A stretch of DNA of 62,889 nt, filler included, from Octopus bimaculoides (Eukaryota): the NCBI RefSeq assembly GCF_001194135.2. It is 5 parts of 5 records of this genome, joined end to end, with 100 filler letters (N's around TTAATTAATTAA, not from the genome) between each part and the next. Parts side by side here need not be neighbours in the genome. Positions count along the whole stretch, not along the records: positions 1 to 15,807 come from NC_068982.1; 4 more parts are not named here. One strand, 5' to 3'. Below, one piece after another: positions 1 to 12,034 of the stretch; positions within the stretch are counted from its first letter, which is position 1; every line of letters begins with the position of its first letter. Both the position numbers and the translations under genes were made by a program. Under the pieces are notes generated by a model. That model saw only the letters and a program-made list of their open reading frames with translations. It searched no databases and had not been told where the DNA came from.

Positions 1-104
1 ATTTTCTGGAATAAATGAATAACAAATTCGGATTATATCTATATGATACATTAAAAAAATTTTTTAAAGATAATTTGTAAACAGTGGCGAAAACCACAAA
101 AATC

Positions 105-722
105 CATGGATCGGTCTGGTTATGTAGAAGAAGCGACGAGCAAATTTCATATCTGCGCATTTTCTGATTTTCATTCAAATCGTGTGGTACCCATTTGTAA
201 AGCTTTTTTGATTTTCCGATCGCATGCAAATGGTTGCAGGCAGTTTTCTGGCTAACTTGAAGATCTTTTGCCATTTCTCGGGTGGTTTTACGTGGATATT
301 TCTCAATGACAGTCTTTAGTTGACCGTCATCGATGACAGATGAGCGTCCACTACACTCACGATCTTCAAAGCTAGAGTCTCTACTGCGAAATCGTTTGAA
401 GCATTTTCGAGCTGACCACTCACTGGTCATTTTCTCACCAAACGTTTCGTTGATATCGCGAGCAGTTTAAGCTGCTGTAAGTCCTTTTTCAAAGTTGAAT
501 AACAAAATTGCTTGAATACTGCGCTTTAAGAGTTCCATTTCAGATGATTGAAACGAAGGTGAAAAAAAATTTCAATGCAAATTTATTGATGCATTTGGGC
601 AAATGTGTCTGTATTATCAGACAATTGAAAAAAAAGATGTTTAAAAAAAATTCAAAACTCTGAAAAAATCCGGTACAAATTCTTCATGGTTCAAAACATT
701 GCTTACTTTTTACTCAACCTGA
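105..722 (-). mobile_element. mariner (Tc1/mariner) element, 5' half: TIR plus N-terminal transposase pseudogene
   Basis: Minus-strand translation from ATG at 538: MELLKRSIQAILLFNFEKGLTAA*TARDINETFGEK...KLYKWVPHDLNENQK (HTH region and WVPHxL motif, one in-frame stop). TIR-like TCAGGTTGAGTAAAAAGTAAGCAATGTTTT at 693-722 next to TA (723-724). Confidence 0.9.
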
Positions 723-792
723 TATATATATGGGTGTGTGTGTATGTGTACGTGTGTGTGTGGTGAATGTATGCACATATGTATGTATGTAT

Positions 793-905
793 GTCATTAT
801 TCAGTTTATTTCAAGATTTCTTGCCAATAGAGAAAGAACCGGTTTCTGACCTAGATCCAAGGCTCCTCCATTGGAATTTCAACATCAACAACAGGGTATT
901 TTTGT
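793..905 (-). mobile_element. short (CATA)n-tailed interspersed repeat, family E copy 1
   Basis: Reverse complement aligns with 5893-6008 and 47888-48003 (aataccctg...gaaattccaatgNNgRagcctt...aggt..gaaacc..ttctttctctattgg..agaaatcttgaaataaa). Confidence 0.75.
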
Positions 906-906
906 A

Positions 907-938
<32 letters not shown>

Positions 939-951
939 GTATACATGGATC

Positions 952-995
<44 letters not shown>

Positions 996-1030
996 GTCTA
1001 TCTGTCTATCCGTCTGTCTGTCTGTCTGTG
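952..1030. repeat. (TCTA)n/(TCTG)n microsatellite
   Basis: Direct reading. Confidence 0.95.
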
Positions 1031-1380
1031 TGTCCGAATTTTGTTCAAATTTATTCTTTTATCCTTTTCAATAACCTCCCAAACAACAGTTAATCGTACA
1101 AGCGTTAAGAATGATTATTGTTGTTCCTGTTGTAGTCGATGTAGCTTATCCTGATTATCTTTATTTTGTTTTTTCTTCGTTTTTCTTGTTGCTGCTGCTA
1201 TTGTAATTAATGTTGCTGGCCGCTGTTGTTATTCAGGCTTAGCATGAGCCTGATCAGCTCTTAGCCATCTGCTTCTCCCAAGGGTTCGTTAAGCGATTGA
1301 GTCAATCAGTCAATCTTCCCTCCTACAACACCCTTCCGCCACCTTATCTCTCATTGTTCCTCTATTCAGTTCCGTATGGT

Positions 1381-1700
1381 CACCTCCACTACCTCTGCCA
1401 CCGCCGCCATCACAAAAACCACGACGACGACGACCGGTAGCAGTAGCACCACCACCACCACCACCGGCACCACAACTACAGGCGCCACCACTNNNNNNNN
1501 NNNNNNNNNNNNNNNNNNNNNCTCCGCCTTCGCCGTCTCCGCCGCCTCCGCCGCCTCCGCCGCCTCCGCCTCCGCCGCCTCCGCTGCCTCCGCCGCGCCT
1601 CCACCGCACCTCCGCCGTCGCCGCTGCCACCACAGCAGCAGCAATAATAACAACAACAACGATGACGAACCAATAAGAACGTCAAACACCACTACGACCA
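1381..1700. repeat. GC-rich trinucleotide low-complexity tract (ACC/GCC/ACG/AAC)
   Basis: Successive triplet runs around a small gap; all overlapping ORFs are homopolymeric. Confidence 0.85.
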
Positions 1701-1766
1701 AGAACAACGACCAGCGAGATCGTCTCTGTGTGGTTGCACAAATTGCTAGAAATAACAGCCAAATAT

Positions 1767-2035
1767 TTTACTTGCTTCACTTGTTGGACTGCAGCCATTC
1801 CTCGGCATTACCTCGAGGGGTTTAGTAAAACAAATCGACCCCAGTACTTATATTAAAAAGTTTGGCACTCTTTTGTAAATATACAAAATCGACTCTTGTA
1901 CATATTCTTTGTAAGCCTACAACTTACACTATCGTTATCTTTTGCCGAACCGTTAAGTTACGGGGACATAAACACATCACCCTCGGTTGTCAAGCGATGG
2001 TGGGGGACAAACACAGACACAAATACACACACACA
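1767..2035 (-). mobile_element. SINE family B, 3' half (diverged)
   Basis: ttttgccgaaccgttaagttacggggacataaacac...tcggttgtcaagcgatggtgggggacaaacac matches other family B copies. Confidence 0.85.
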
Positions 2036-2135
2036 NNNNNNNNNNNNNNNNNNNNNNNNNNNNNNNNNNNNNNNNNNNNNNNNNNNNNNNNNNNNNNNNN
2101 NNNNNNNNNNNNNNNNNNNNNNNNNNNNNNNNNNN

Positions 2136-2300
2136 TATATATATGGAACAAAAACGCAATAGAAGGCATTAAAAAGTTCGGACAGATAGACGACACAAAG
2201 GCGGACAAGAGAAACAATTAGGACAGGCAAAGAAGACGGTTCATTCTTGGCTTTCTTTCATCAGTCAAGTACTGGAATTCACGACCATTTCGGACAGTTA
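2136..2300 (-). mobile_element. short (TA)n-tailed repeat, family D copy 1
   Basis: Reverse complement matches 22293-22390 (ctcttg.ccgcctttgt.tcgtctatctgtccgaa...ctattgcgtttttgttccat). Confidence 0.75.
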
Positions 2301-2545
2301 CACTGTATATATGTGTGCGTATGTGTGTGAGTGTATAGTAAGCATATATAAGTGCCGTGTTGAGTACGTGCATTTCTCTAGGATATCCGTAATAAATCCT
2401 CTTTTTTATCTCTTTCTCGGAATTTAACGTCTTTCACCTCATCATATTCACATTTAATCATATCCAACTTGCTTTCTTTTAGTTATTCTTTATTTTTGTT
2501 ATACTTATCTTTGTGGCAATCGCTTTCGCTTCCATGTACACACAG

Positions 2546-2546
<1 letters not shown>

Positions 2547-2633
<87 letters not shown>

Positions 2634-2692
2634 TATGGGTGTATATGTGTGTGTGTGTGTGTGTGTATGTGTGTGTGTGTGTATGTGTGTGT
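2547..2692. repeat. (CA)n followed by (TG)n microsatellites
   Basis: Direct reading. Confidence 0.95.
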
Positions 2693-2708
2693 GCCTTTTT
2701 GTCTGCAT

Positions 2709-2860
2709 TTGTTTACGTCCCAGTAACTTAGCAGTTCGGCAAAATAGACTGATAAAACAAATACTAGGCTTGCAAAGAATAAGTCCTGGGGTAGATTTCT
2801 TCGACTAAAAACCCTTTAAGGCGGTGCACCAGTATGGCCGCAGTCAAAAAGAATAAAAGA
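2709..2860 (+). mobile_element. SINE family B, 3' half
   Basis: gtttacgtcccagtaacttagcagttcggc...aataagtcctgggg...ggcggtgcaccagtatggccgcagtcaaa. Confidence 0.85.
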
Positions 2861-3885
2861 ATATACATCCATATTGTATAACTTAGTATATCATTAACCC
2901 CACCCTTCGTTTAAACATTAATTCCATCATCACAAGTTTTGTAATCCCTATGTACACGTTTTATATGTATGAAAGCATTCAAATAATTAAACTATATAAA
3001 AAACGGACAACGAAGGTTTATAGAATTTTACATGTAGATTAACTCAATCTGATAAATTCATTGATCTATATCTGTACATGTACAGGCATGACTGAGTTGG
3101 TGTAAGGAGATACAGTATTGGAAAATATATGTATGGTGAGCCAATGGCAAAACGTCTAAGTTATCTCGAACTGCAAAATGTAACAGCGAAACCTCACTAA
3201 ATTCACACAAAACTGTTTCGATTAGAGAGCGGGGTTGCATTGGATAGCCGAATATACACTATGTCTGAAAAGAAAAGACAGTATGGTCATGTCTCGAATG
3301 TCTTTTGTCATAAATTTGCTCTATCATGGCAGATCCTGGCGTAAAAAACAACTTTATGGATGTAAATGTTTATGTATATTTACGTGTGTACATTATATAT
3401 ATACCTTACATATACGTTCACTCTCGCATATACATTCATTCTCGCACATGAAAATGTGTGTAAATATTGACAGGAAATATTCTGTAAATATTGTTTCTTC
3501 AAGCAGCAGGAAGCGTGAACGTTTGGTGCCAAAATGTCGTAGAAGCAAGTTTAACATAGCCAACACACGTGACGCCGATATGTCTCGTTTCGATTCCTGG
3601 TAAATGGGTAGGGAAACGTTTTGAATCTTCCACCTGCATTACATGCTACATTTCCTGTGCCCGGTAAACTGAGATATTTTGATAGAAATTGGAAAGATAA
3701 AATCAATAATTTCTTTTTTCCAACTGAATCCACTGCGTTTTGTCATATATATGTCAAAAATTTGACCAAAGATGTAACTACCTCGAAGCCACTGGTGATT
3801 TTGTCTTCCATTTTTTTCAGCGTCGATAAAATAGCTACCAGTCAAATAGCTTGTGCTTACTTAGAAAAAAAGTATTATTAAATTA

Positions 3886-3938
<53 letters not shown>

Positions 3939-4092
3939 ATGTATGTATGCATGTATGTATGTACGTATATTCGTCTATTTATGTATGTATATATATATAT
4001 ATATATAATCACCTTATTTTGAAACTGTATGGATAATACCATACTTATTTCTGGTGTCTAAACTTAAGTACCATATTCACCTGAATCTAAAT

Positions 4093-4123
<31 letters not shown>

Positions 4124-5692
4124 CATATTACATTAAAGGAATTTATTCGAATAAGGGACTTCCTTTTTTTTTAAGAAAAAGAAAAGGATCACTGAATTAT
4201 TTGAATAGCAGTCAGTTTTCGTTTTACAGCATTTTGTGTTTTGTAATCTTCTTAAACTGGCACAATTAAACAGTTACCATTCCAAGGTTCTTCCTTTTAT
4301 TCTTTGTTTCGTTTGCTTCATACTTAAAAGCAAAAGGATAGTAATAAAAAAAAAAAACGAACTAACGTAAACACCAACATCAATTTTACACAGGAATAGT
4401 AATGTGTGCGTATCATACGAAACTATCTTGCGCTATAATCTGTGTGTCACTAAAGCAATTAGACTAGATGCTTGAATTATGTTTCTCATTATACTTACAC
4501 AGACGACCATCTGTATACCTCTCTTACCAATGTAAAACGAAGAATTGGGAATCCAGATTGAGAGATTTAACGGTATGAAATTACATGCCTAATTGAAGTC
4601 TCCAGGTCATTGGAAGGGAAGATCTATTTTGCATATCCTTTCTAGATGTGTTTTTCTTGTAAAAGCAGACTAGCGAAATTGTATATGCTTAATGTAGAAA
4701 ATTATTGCATGTATACATTTAAAATATGTCCAAAAACCGTTTATATATTTCCATTTGTGTATTAAAACGGATTAAAACATGATAATATTGCCATGTAGCA
4801 TTTATAAAACCAAAATCAGAGGATCGTGTATTACAAATAATCTACTTGGATTAGATACAATAATATATATGATTCGTTTGTAATTTATGTTTAAGATAAT
4901 TGGCTTCCATGGAATAAAAGACAAGCTTATAGCAATTAAAACTTTTGAACCGGTTTTATTTCTATTCAAGAGCCATATCTGCTATCCACATCTTCAAAGC
5001 CCTTTTAGTAAAAGCACCAACTTCGCCACCATCTGTTTTCTAATGCCAGGCCACAGTTATGCATAAGAAATATAAATAATATTGGAGAAGGTGATACTCA
5101 GAGCTTAATTGTACCTTGCTTCCACCTTAAAATTCATTAAGTAGAATCCTAGATACGATTTAATTGGCCTATATCCTACCATTAATCAGTAAAAAATTAA
5201 AACAGGAAACAGTCTGTACTTAGTTACAATAAATCGAATTATTGCGAATAAAGGAGCTAAAGAAAGCCGATAAATTGCTGAACAACTAATCAAAAGTTCA
5301 GTGATTCAAGTCCAGTTATTTGCGCTACACTTTACTTTTAGTCAAAAGCTTTACATCGCATAACATATTTATCTGTAAATAGATACCACACAGCGGTATA
5401 TCAATTTTAAGCATTAGCATTGCTTCAAAATTGACAAAGGTTTCCTTAATTTTTCAATACTAAATTCAATTTCTCTCATAGCTCTGACTACAATGGCTGA
5501 TGAGTCCTATAGTTCACATCTATAGACCCATATATATAGTTGAAAGAGTCATAGTCTTTGACCTTTAAACTTATGAATTGGAGGGCATCTTTCTCTTTTT
5601 TTTGTTGCATACCGGCGTCCGTATAGGATGCTTAACCGCTTCAATATTTTATCCATAGGTAAGACTACTCTTGATTTCAGACACAATATCAG

Positions 5693-5775
<83 letters not shown>

Positions 5776-5892
5776 TACATACATACATACATACATAAGA
5801 CATGAAAATATATACATAAAAACGCATCCATAAAACAAACATACAAATCTGCGCATACACTACCACCAAATACTGTACACACACACATATGC

Positions 5893-6008
5893 ACAAATAC
5901 CTAGATGATGATGTTGATAAAAGTTCCAATGAAGGAGCCTTGAATCTATGTAAGAGTCCGGCTCTTTCTCTATTGAAAAGAAATACAGACATGAAACTGA
6001 TTGATAAC
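5893..6008 (+). mobile_element. family E copy 2, followed by (CATA)n
   Basis: Aligns with 793-905 (reverse complement) and 47888-48003; shares upstream catacaaatctgc.catac with copy 3. Confidence 0.7.
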
Positions 6009-6462
6009 ATACATACATACATACATACATACATACATACATACATACATACATAAATACATACATGCACACATGTGTGTATATGTGGAGAGAAAGAAAA
6101 AAAATTAAGTTGATGGTGAAAACTGCATTAGAATTGATACTAACGTTACGGGATTTGTGAAAATCTCATAGAAATTTACAAATTTGGAACGAATTAGTGA
6201 TGAATATTAACTGAAAGTGCTTCCGAAAGGAATCGAAACTGTGCTGCATCCACAAAACACTGATCACTGTTCAACTATTTCATAAGAATCACTGAATATT
6301 ATGTTTTTCGAAATTTTAGATCTTAAGTTTAATTCAAATTTCTCTTATAAACCCAATCCCCTCTGTCCGTCCGTCTTTCCGTCCGTCTGTCTGTCTGTCT
6401 GTCCGTCCGTCTGTCTGCCCGTCTTTCCACCCGTCAGTCTGTCTGTCTTTCTCTCTCTCACT

Positions 6463-6463
6463 C

Positions 6464-6541
<78 letters not shown>
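6463..6541. repeat. (TCTA)n microsatellite
   Basis: Direct reading. Confidence 0.95.
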
Positions 6542-6542
<1 letters not shown>

Positions 6543-6826
6543 CTTTACACACGCACATATGTTTTAATTTGTTTCATTATGGTGCCTGTTTCATTTACAG
6601 AATTTTTCTCTGAGCCTATTTTCCTCATGTTTATCTACCTTTCCATCTGGTTTTGTATAAATCTTTCTCTACCTTCCAACATTTTCCTTCCTACCTTATC
6701 TTTTTGTTTAAACAATATTTACGCTTGTTAACCATTTTCTCTTCATGCATTTACATTATTCCTCGCTGCATGGACCTATTACATACATATACACATACAT
6801 ACGTGCATACATACATACAAACATGT

Positions 6827-6899
<73 letters not shown>

Positions 6900-7097
6900 N
6901 NNNNNNNNNNNNNNNNNNNNNNNNNNNNNNNNNNNNNNNNNNNNNNNNNNNNNNNNNNNNNNNNNNNNNNNNNNNNNNNNNNNNNNNNNNNNNNNNNNNN
7001 NNNNNNNNNNNNNNNNNNNNNNNNNNNNNNNNNNNNNNNNNNNNNNNNNNNNNNNNNNNNNNNNNNNNNNNNNNNNNNNNNNNNNNNNNNNNNNNNN

Positions 7098-7151
<54 letters not shown>

Positions 7152-7825
7152 CATGATTGCTTTCCCCTTCCTTTTATTCCGTTTTCTCACTCTCTGTCTG
7201 TCCCCTAACTGATATTTCTCTATTCTTCACGTACATCTGTTAACACTTAATTGAAAGCTATATGTATGTATGTATATACATCCTTCCACACACACACACA
7301 CAAATGAAGGGAAGCCTTCGCTCGATGTCCACAATAATTTCTTGTAAGTCAGGTACTTTTTCAGGCTCAGTTGGAAAAGAAAACGAGAATTCAGGACAAA
7401 GGTTTTGGGGGTGCGTAAAATGAGGTACGGAAACAGAAGTAGAAAGGGAGGGTGAGTGTAGTAGAGGGTGTAGAAGGAAATAAAAATAAAGAATATAATA
7501 AGAAAATGAGCGAGAACGAGAGATGGCGAAGTGTAGGGGGTTGAATTAGCGTTTGGTCGCGAATAGTAAAGCAGAAATAAACAAAGATATTGATAGGTAT
7601 GGACGGAGAGAGAGAGGAAGGTATAAAGAAGAAGAAAGAAATGCGAAAAATGCAAATTAACGGAGTAAAAGGAAAATAAAAAAAGTATGAGATAGCTAGG
7701 TGAGAGTTTGAATGTAACAAACAGTAAAGATAAACCAATGTTTACACATAGAGACGGAAGCATGAAGTGTCAGAGAAAAATGAGATAAACAAAGGAAGAT
7801 AAATTGGAAGAATGAGATGGATGGG

Positions 7826-7900
7826 TAGATAGATAGATAGAGAGAGATAGGTAGATGGATAGATAGAGAGATGGATAGATGGATAGATAGATAGACAGAC

Positions 7901-7944
<44 letters not shown>
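7826..7944. repeat. (GATA)n microsatellite
   Basis: Direct reading. Confidence 0.95.
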
Positions 7945-7946
<2 letters not shown>

Positions 7947-8437
7947 GATGCAAATGTCAAAAAGAAAGTTGAGGATGTTAATTTGGTCCCTATTTTTAAA
8001 AGAAAAATTTAAAGAAACCGATAAAATTAATCAGCATATTTTGTAACTTATGTTGATATATAAATGGTAGGAAAAGTAACATGCATTTGTGTAAGATTTT
8101 AAATTTACGACTCAAAAAATATAACGAACTACAGACCGCACATAACTAATTAGGGATTACATACTATGTTTCGGAATGAATTAACTTGAATTAAGTTTTA
8201 TATATAAATAGCACCAACAAACGTATGCAGTAAATTGTAATACAGTAACTATAGATAACTATTATGGTTATCTGTATACGTGTGATATATAATTCTATCA
8301 AATTAACACCAGTTCAAGCATGTGTTCTTACCTGAAAAAGGATATTAGAATAGCCTCATAACATTTGCTCCGTCAGGTTACCGAAATTTTAAGAAGGAAG
8401 AATTGAGAGAAGTATCATTATTAGCCCCCTGCCTTTT

Positions 8438-8811
8438 GTGGAGGCGCAATGGCCCAGTGGTTAGGGCAGCGGACTCGCGGTCATAGAATCGCGGTTTCGA
8501 TTCCCAGACCGGACGTTGTGAGTGTTTATTGAGCGAAGACACCTAAAAGCGCCACGAGGCTGCGGCAGGGGATGGTGGCGAACCCTGCTATACTCTTCCA
8601 CCACAACTTTCTCTTGTTTCTGTTAGGCCTGTAATTCAAAGGGGCCATCCTTGTCACGCTGAATATCCCCGAGAAATTCGTTAAGGGTACACGTGTCAGT
8701 GGAGTGCTCAGTCACTTGCACGCTAATTTCACGAGCAGGCTGTTCCGTTTATCAGTTCAACTGGAACCCTCGTCGTCGTAAGCGACGGAGTGCCAACAAC
8801 AACAACAACAG
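8438..8811 (+). mobile_element. tRNA-derived SINE family A, full length, (CAA)n tail
   Basis: A-box tggcccagtgg and B-box-like ggtttcgattccc; 11-bp TSD ccctgcctttt at 8427-8437 and 8812-8822. Confidence 0.92.
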
Positions 8812-10630
8812 CCCTGCCTTTTACCATATTCTTGTTCGTAACATGGTTGTGTTCTTGTTTAAGCCTTCCATTAACTATAGTTAGGCTTTCTTTCGTAAAA
8901 GAACATTTTAACTGTAGTGAAGCCTCCTAGAGTAAACCCACTGTAGTGTTTTGTCCTGGAATATGAAGATGACATTACAGTGAGAGATCACAAATATATT
9001 GAGCAACCGACATATTAGGTTATGGCGAGAACGAAAATAGCTACACTGATTATTATGTGTATGGCTTAAAGTGTGTAAATAAATAATGCAGTAACTATGC
9101 ATAGCCCTTATTTATTTAATAATCATATTTCACCAACTGTTATCTAAGGATAGTTCTTGGCACTGAGAGAGATATATGAAACCACAATTCCTGAGTAAAT
9201 TCTTTAAGTTTTGTATCATATTTATTCAAGCACCAGGCCTTTATATCATCATACTAATTGATAACTGAGGAAGTATTAGCATCTTTGATTCGGTAATAAC
9301 TAATCTCAATTACCACTTGGATTGTATAAAATTGAATGTTGTTTGAATAGGGATTAACAGAAGACTAGTTCGGATAATTTGTCATTTTCAAATAACAGGC
9401 CAACATTTACGGAAATGAGTGATATTTCTGGCTCTCACTTCGCATTTAATATTTCGTGGTTTTGCTTTTAAAAGTCAGAAGTTTTTTAATTTAAATTTTT
9501 AAACCACTAAATAGTAATTATTCTATATCAAACTATTGGCCAATTTTTTTTTATTCATTGATTATTAGATTCCCTAAAATATATTTTGCATTTTTATGTT
9601 TTAATACATCAATTATTAAAATATTCGTAGCTAATGAGAATGATTTTTTCCGAATTACAAGGCTAAAAAGTGAAACTGATATAAGATGAATAAAATCATA
9701 TATACGAAGTTTCATTGTTGAGGAATAGAACTCGTCACTGTATGTGAATAACAAACATGAATTCATAGTGCCGCTTATGACTCCGAAATACATGTTTGAT
9801 ACTTAATTCGAGTGAAATTGACTCACTTATTCAGAGATTATTTTGTTGAGAACAAGCCTCACACACTGCCTCTAGTACAATATGTGCGGACCACTACACA
9901 TTTAGTCCTTTAGACATTCCTGAGAATCTAGTATATCGATGTCTTAAAGACTTTATATAGATATATGAATCGAAAATAGATAGATGGATAAATAAATAAA
10001 TAAATTTTTAAAAAGCGGACTTAAGCATTGAAATAATCAAACTAAGAATTTGTGCTAAAGGTTTCAGTAAGCAGAATTCTTATTTGAACAAATACAAAAG
10101 GCACAACATTAGACTAATATCAAAATTTCATAATGGATATAGATGGGATTTCGAAGAAGTAAACAAAGTGTGCGAGTGGAGGAACATATCAGAAAGCTGT
10201 TATAAAATCATGCATTTCATGAAAAAGTTTCATTTACAAGAAATATATAGCATATATCAAAGCAATTATTTTGAAATACATATGGAAATAATTACAGTCA
10301 CAAGCGTTAATCATGAGAATAATTACAGCTACCAGCATTAATAATTATAAACAGATACTAAGTCTCCTTTAATAAATTAGATAGGTTCGTAAAAAGCGTT
10401 CGAGGGAAAATGCCAGTAAGTAAGACGACCCAAAATAGACCAAATATAACGCATACAGGAATCCCTTTAACGCAAGAGAGATTCGCTCTTCGATTGCAGT
10501 TGCACAGCATGTTTTCCTCTTACTTGTAAACTTTTCTTATTTTGCTATATATTTAAAAAAAAAAAAAAANNNNNNNNNNAATTTCTAATAAAGCAAAATT
10601 AATGTATTTTTCCTTTTATTTTTTTTTATG

Positions 10631-11022
10631 TTTTATCTTTTCTTCATTTCAGTCATTTGACTGCAGCCATGCTGGGACACCTCCTTAAAGAATTCTTAGT
10701 CGATTGAATCGGCTACAATACTTTTTATTTTTTTAAACCATGATACTTATCAAGGTTTAAAAAACTGCTACGTTGCGGGGACGTAAATACATTAACACCG
10801 GTTGTCAAGTGGTGGTTGGGGACAAACACACACATACACACACACACACACACACACATGTATATATACGACGGGCTTCTTAGCAGTTTTCGTCTACCAA
10901 ATCCAGAAGGCATTGGTCAGTTCGGGGCTATAGTAGAAGACACTTGCCTAAGATGCCGCGCAGTGGGATTGAACCCGGAACGATGTATTTGGGAAGCAAC
11001 TCATCACACAGCCACGCCTGCG
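10631..11022 (-). mobile_element. SINE family B, full length, internal (CA)n
   Basis: Head cgcaggcgtggctgtgtg...ccgggttcaatcccactg, CORE-like cttaggcaagtgtcttc, internal microsatellite, tail cagcatggctgcagtcaaatgactgaaa. Confidence 0.88.
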
Positions 11023-11284
11023 AAATAACCTTTGTAGATATAATCACAGCAACGATACTTCTGAGTTCAAATCTCTACAGAGATAACTTTACTCGCGATA
11101 TCTCAATAAGCGTATATTTAGTTTCACCGGTAAAAAAGAAAATATAAGGAAATCAGTGGAAGTCCTTATGTTTCTTACAGTTGCTCTTGTTTTGTCTCAG
11201 ATCAACCCTCATCGAGTATACCTGTGATGAAAGGCGTTCCAGTTGTGACCTATTTTTTTTAATCAAGGATTACATTGCCAAATG

Positions 11285-11671
11285 AGTGGAGGGGCAATGG
11301 CCCAGTGGTTAGGGCAGCGGACTCGCGGTCATAGGATCGCGGTTTCGATTCCCAGACCGGGCGTTGTGAATGTTTATTGAGCGAAAACACCTAAAGCTCC
11401 ACGAGGCTCCGGCAGGGGATGGTGGCGAACCCTGCTGTACTCTTTCACCACAACTTTCTCTCACCCTTACTTCCTGTTTCTGTTGTGCCTGTAATTCAAA
11501 GAGTCAGCCTTGTCACACTGTGTCACGCTGAATATCCCCGAGAACTACGTTAAGGGTACACGTGTCTGTGGAGTGCTCAGCCACTTGCACGTTAATTTCA
11601 CGAGCAGGCTGTTCCGTTGATCGGATCAACTGAAACCCTCGACGTCGTAAACGACGGAGTGCCAATAATAC
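11285..11671 (+). mobile_element. SINE family A, full length, nested in an older repeat
   Basis: Closely matches 8438-8811; 12-bp TSD cattgccaaatg at 11273-11284 and 11672-11683. Downstream flank 11700-11750 resembles 23763-23805 in reverse. Confidence 0.92.
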
Positions 11672-12034
11672 CATTGCCAAATGTACCTGTCCTTCTTCTA
11701 ATCGACAGAATGTGATTTGAGGGAGATTTGACAGTTGTTTCTAACAGGTAAAATATCTGCATATGAAACTGCTCTTTAACAAAAAACAAACATGTTCAGT
11801 CTTACAATTATAGATATACAATAAACTTTCATTTAGGCTCATTTTAACTTTTTTGAATAATGTTGATGCTTTAGATCCTATAGTATAAATCTAACTAAGG
11901 TAGTGTCGAACTCAGTACATTAACATATTCTCACAAAAATAACTAAACAAAAGTTACTAATTTTGATCAGTTTTATATCGTACTAGCATAAATATCCGGC
12001 GCTAGCCTGGTTAAAGAGTATAATGAAATTTTAA

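Noticed and set aside
1376-1825. Thr/Ala/Asn-rich 149-aa ORF
   Set aside because: Made of trinucleotide runs across a gap; no domain or splice context.
8441-8510. tRNA-like heads (also 11288, 45321, 20523-20584, 27950)
   Set aside because: They have A/B boxes but no complete cloverleaf or acceptor stem, and they continue into SINE bodies; not tRNA genes.
8693-8884. Recurrent ORF MSVECS.TCTLISRAGCS...NPRRRKRRSANNN (also 53202-53636)
   Set aside because: Incidental reading frame in the family A SINE tail.
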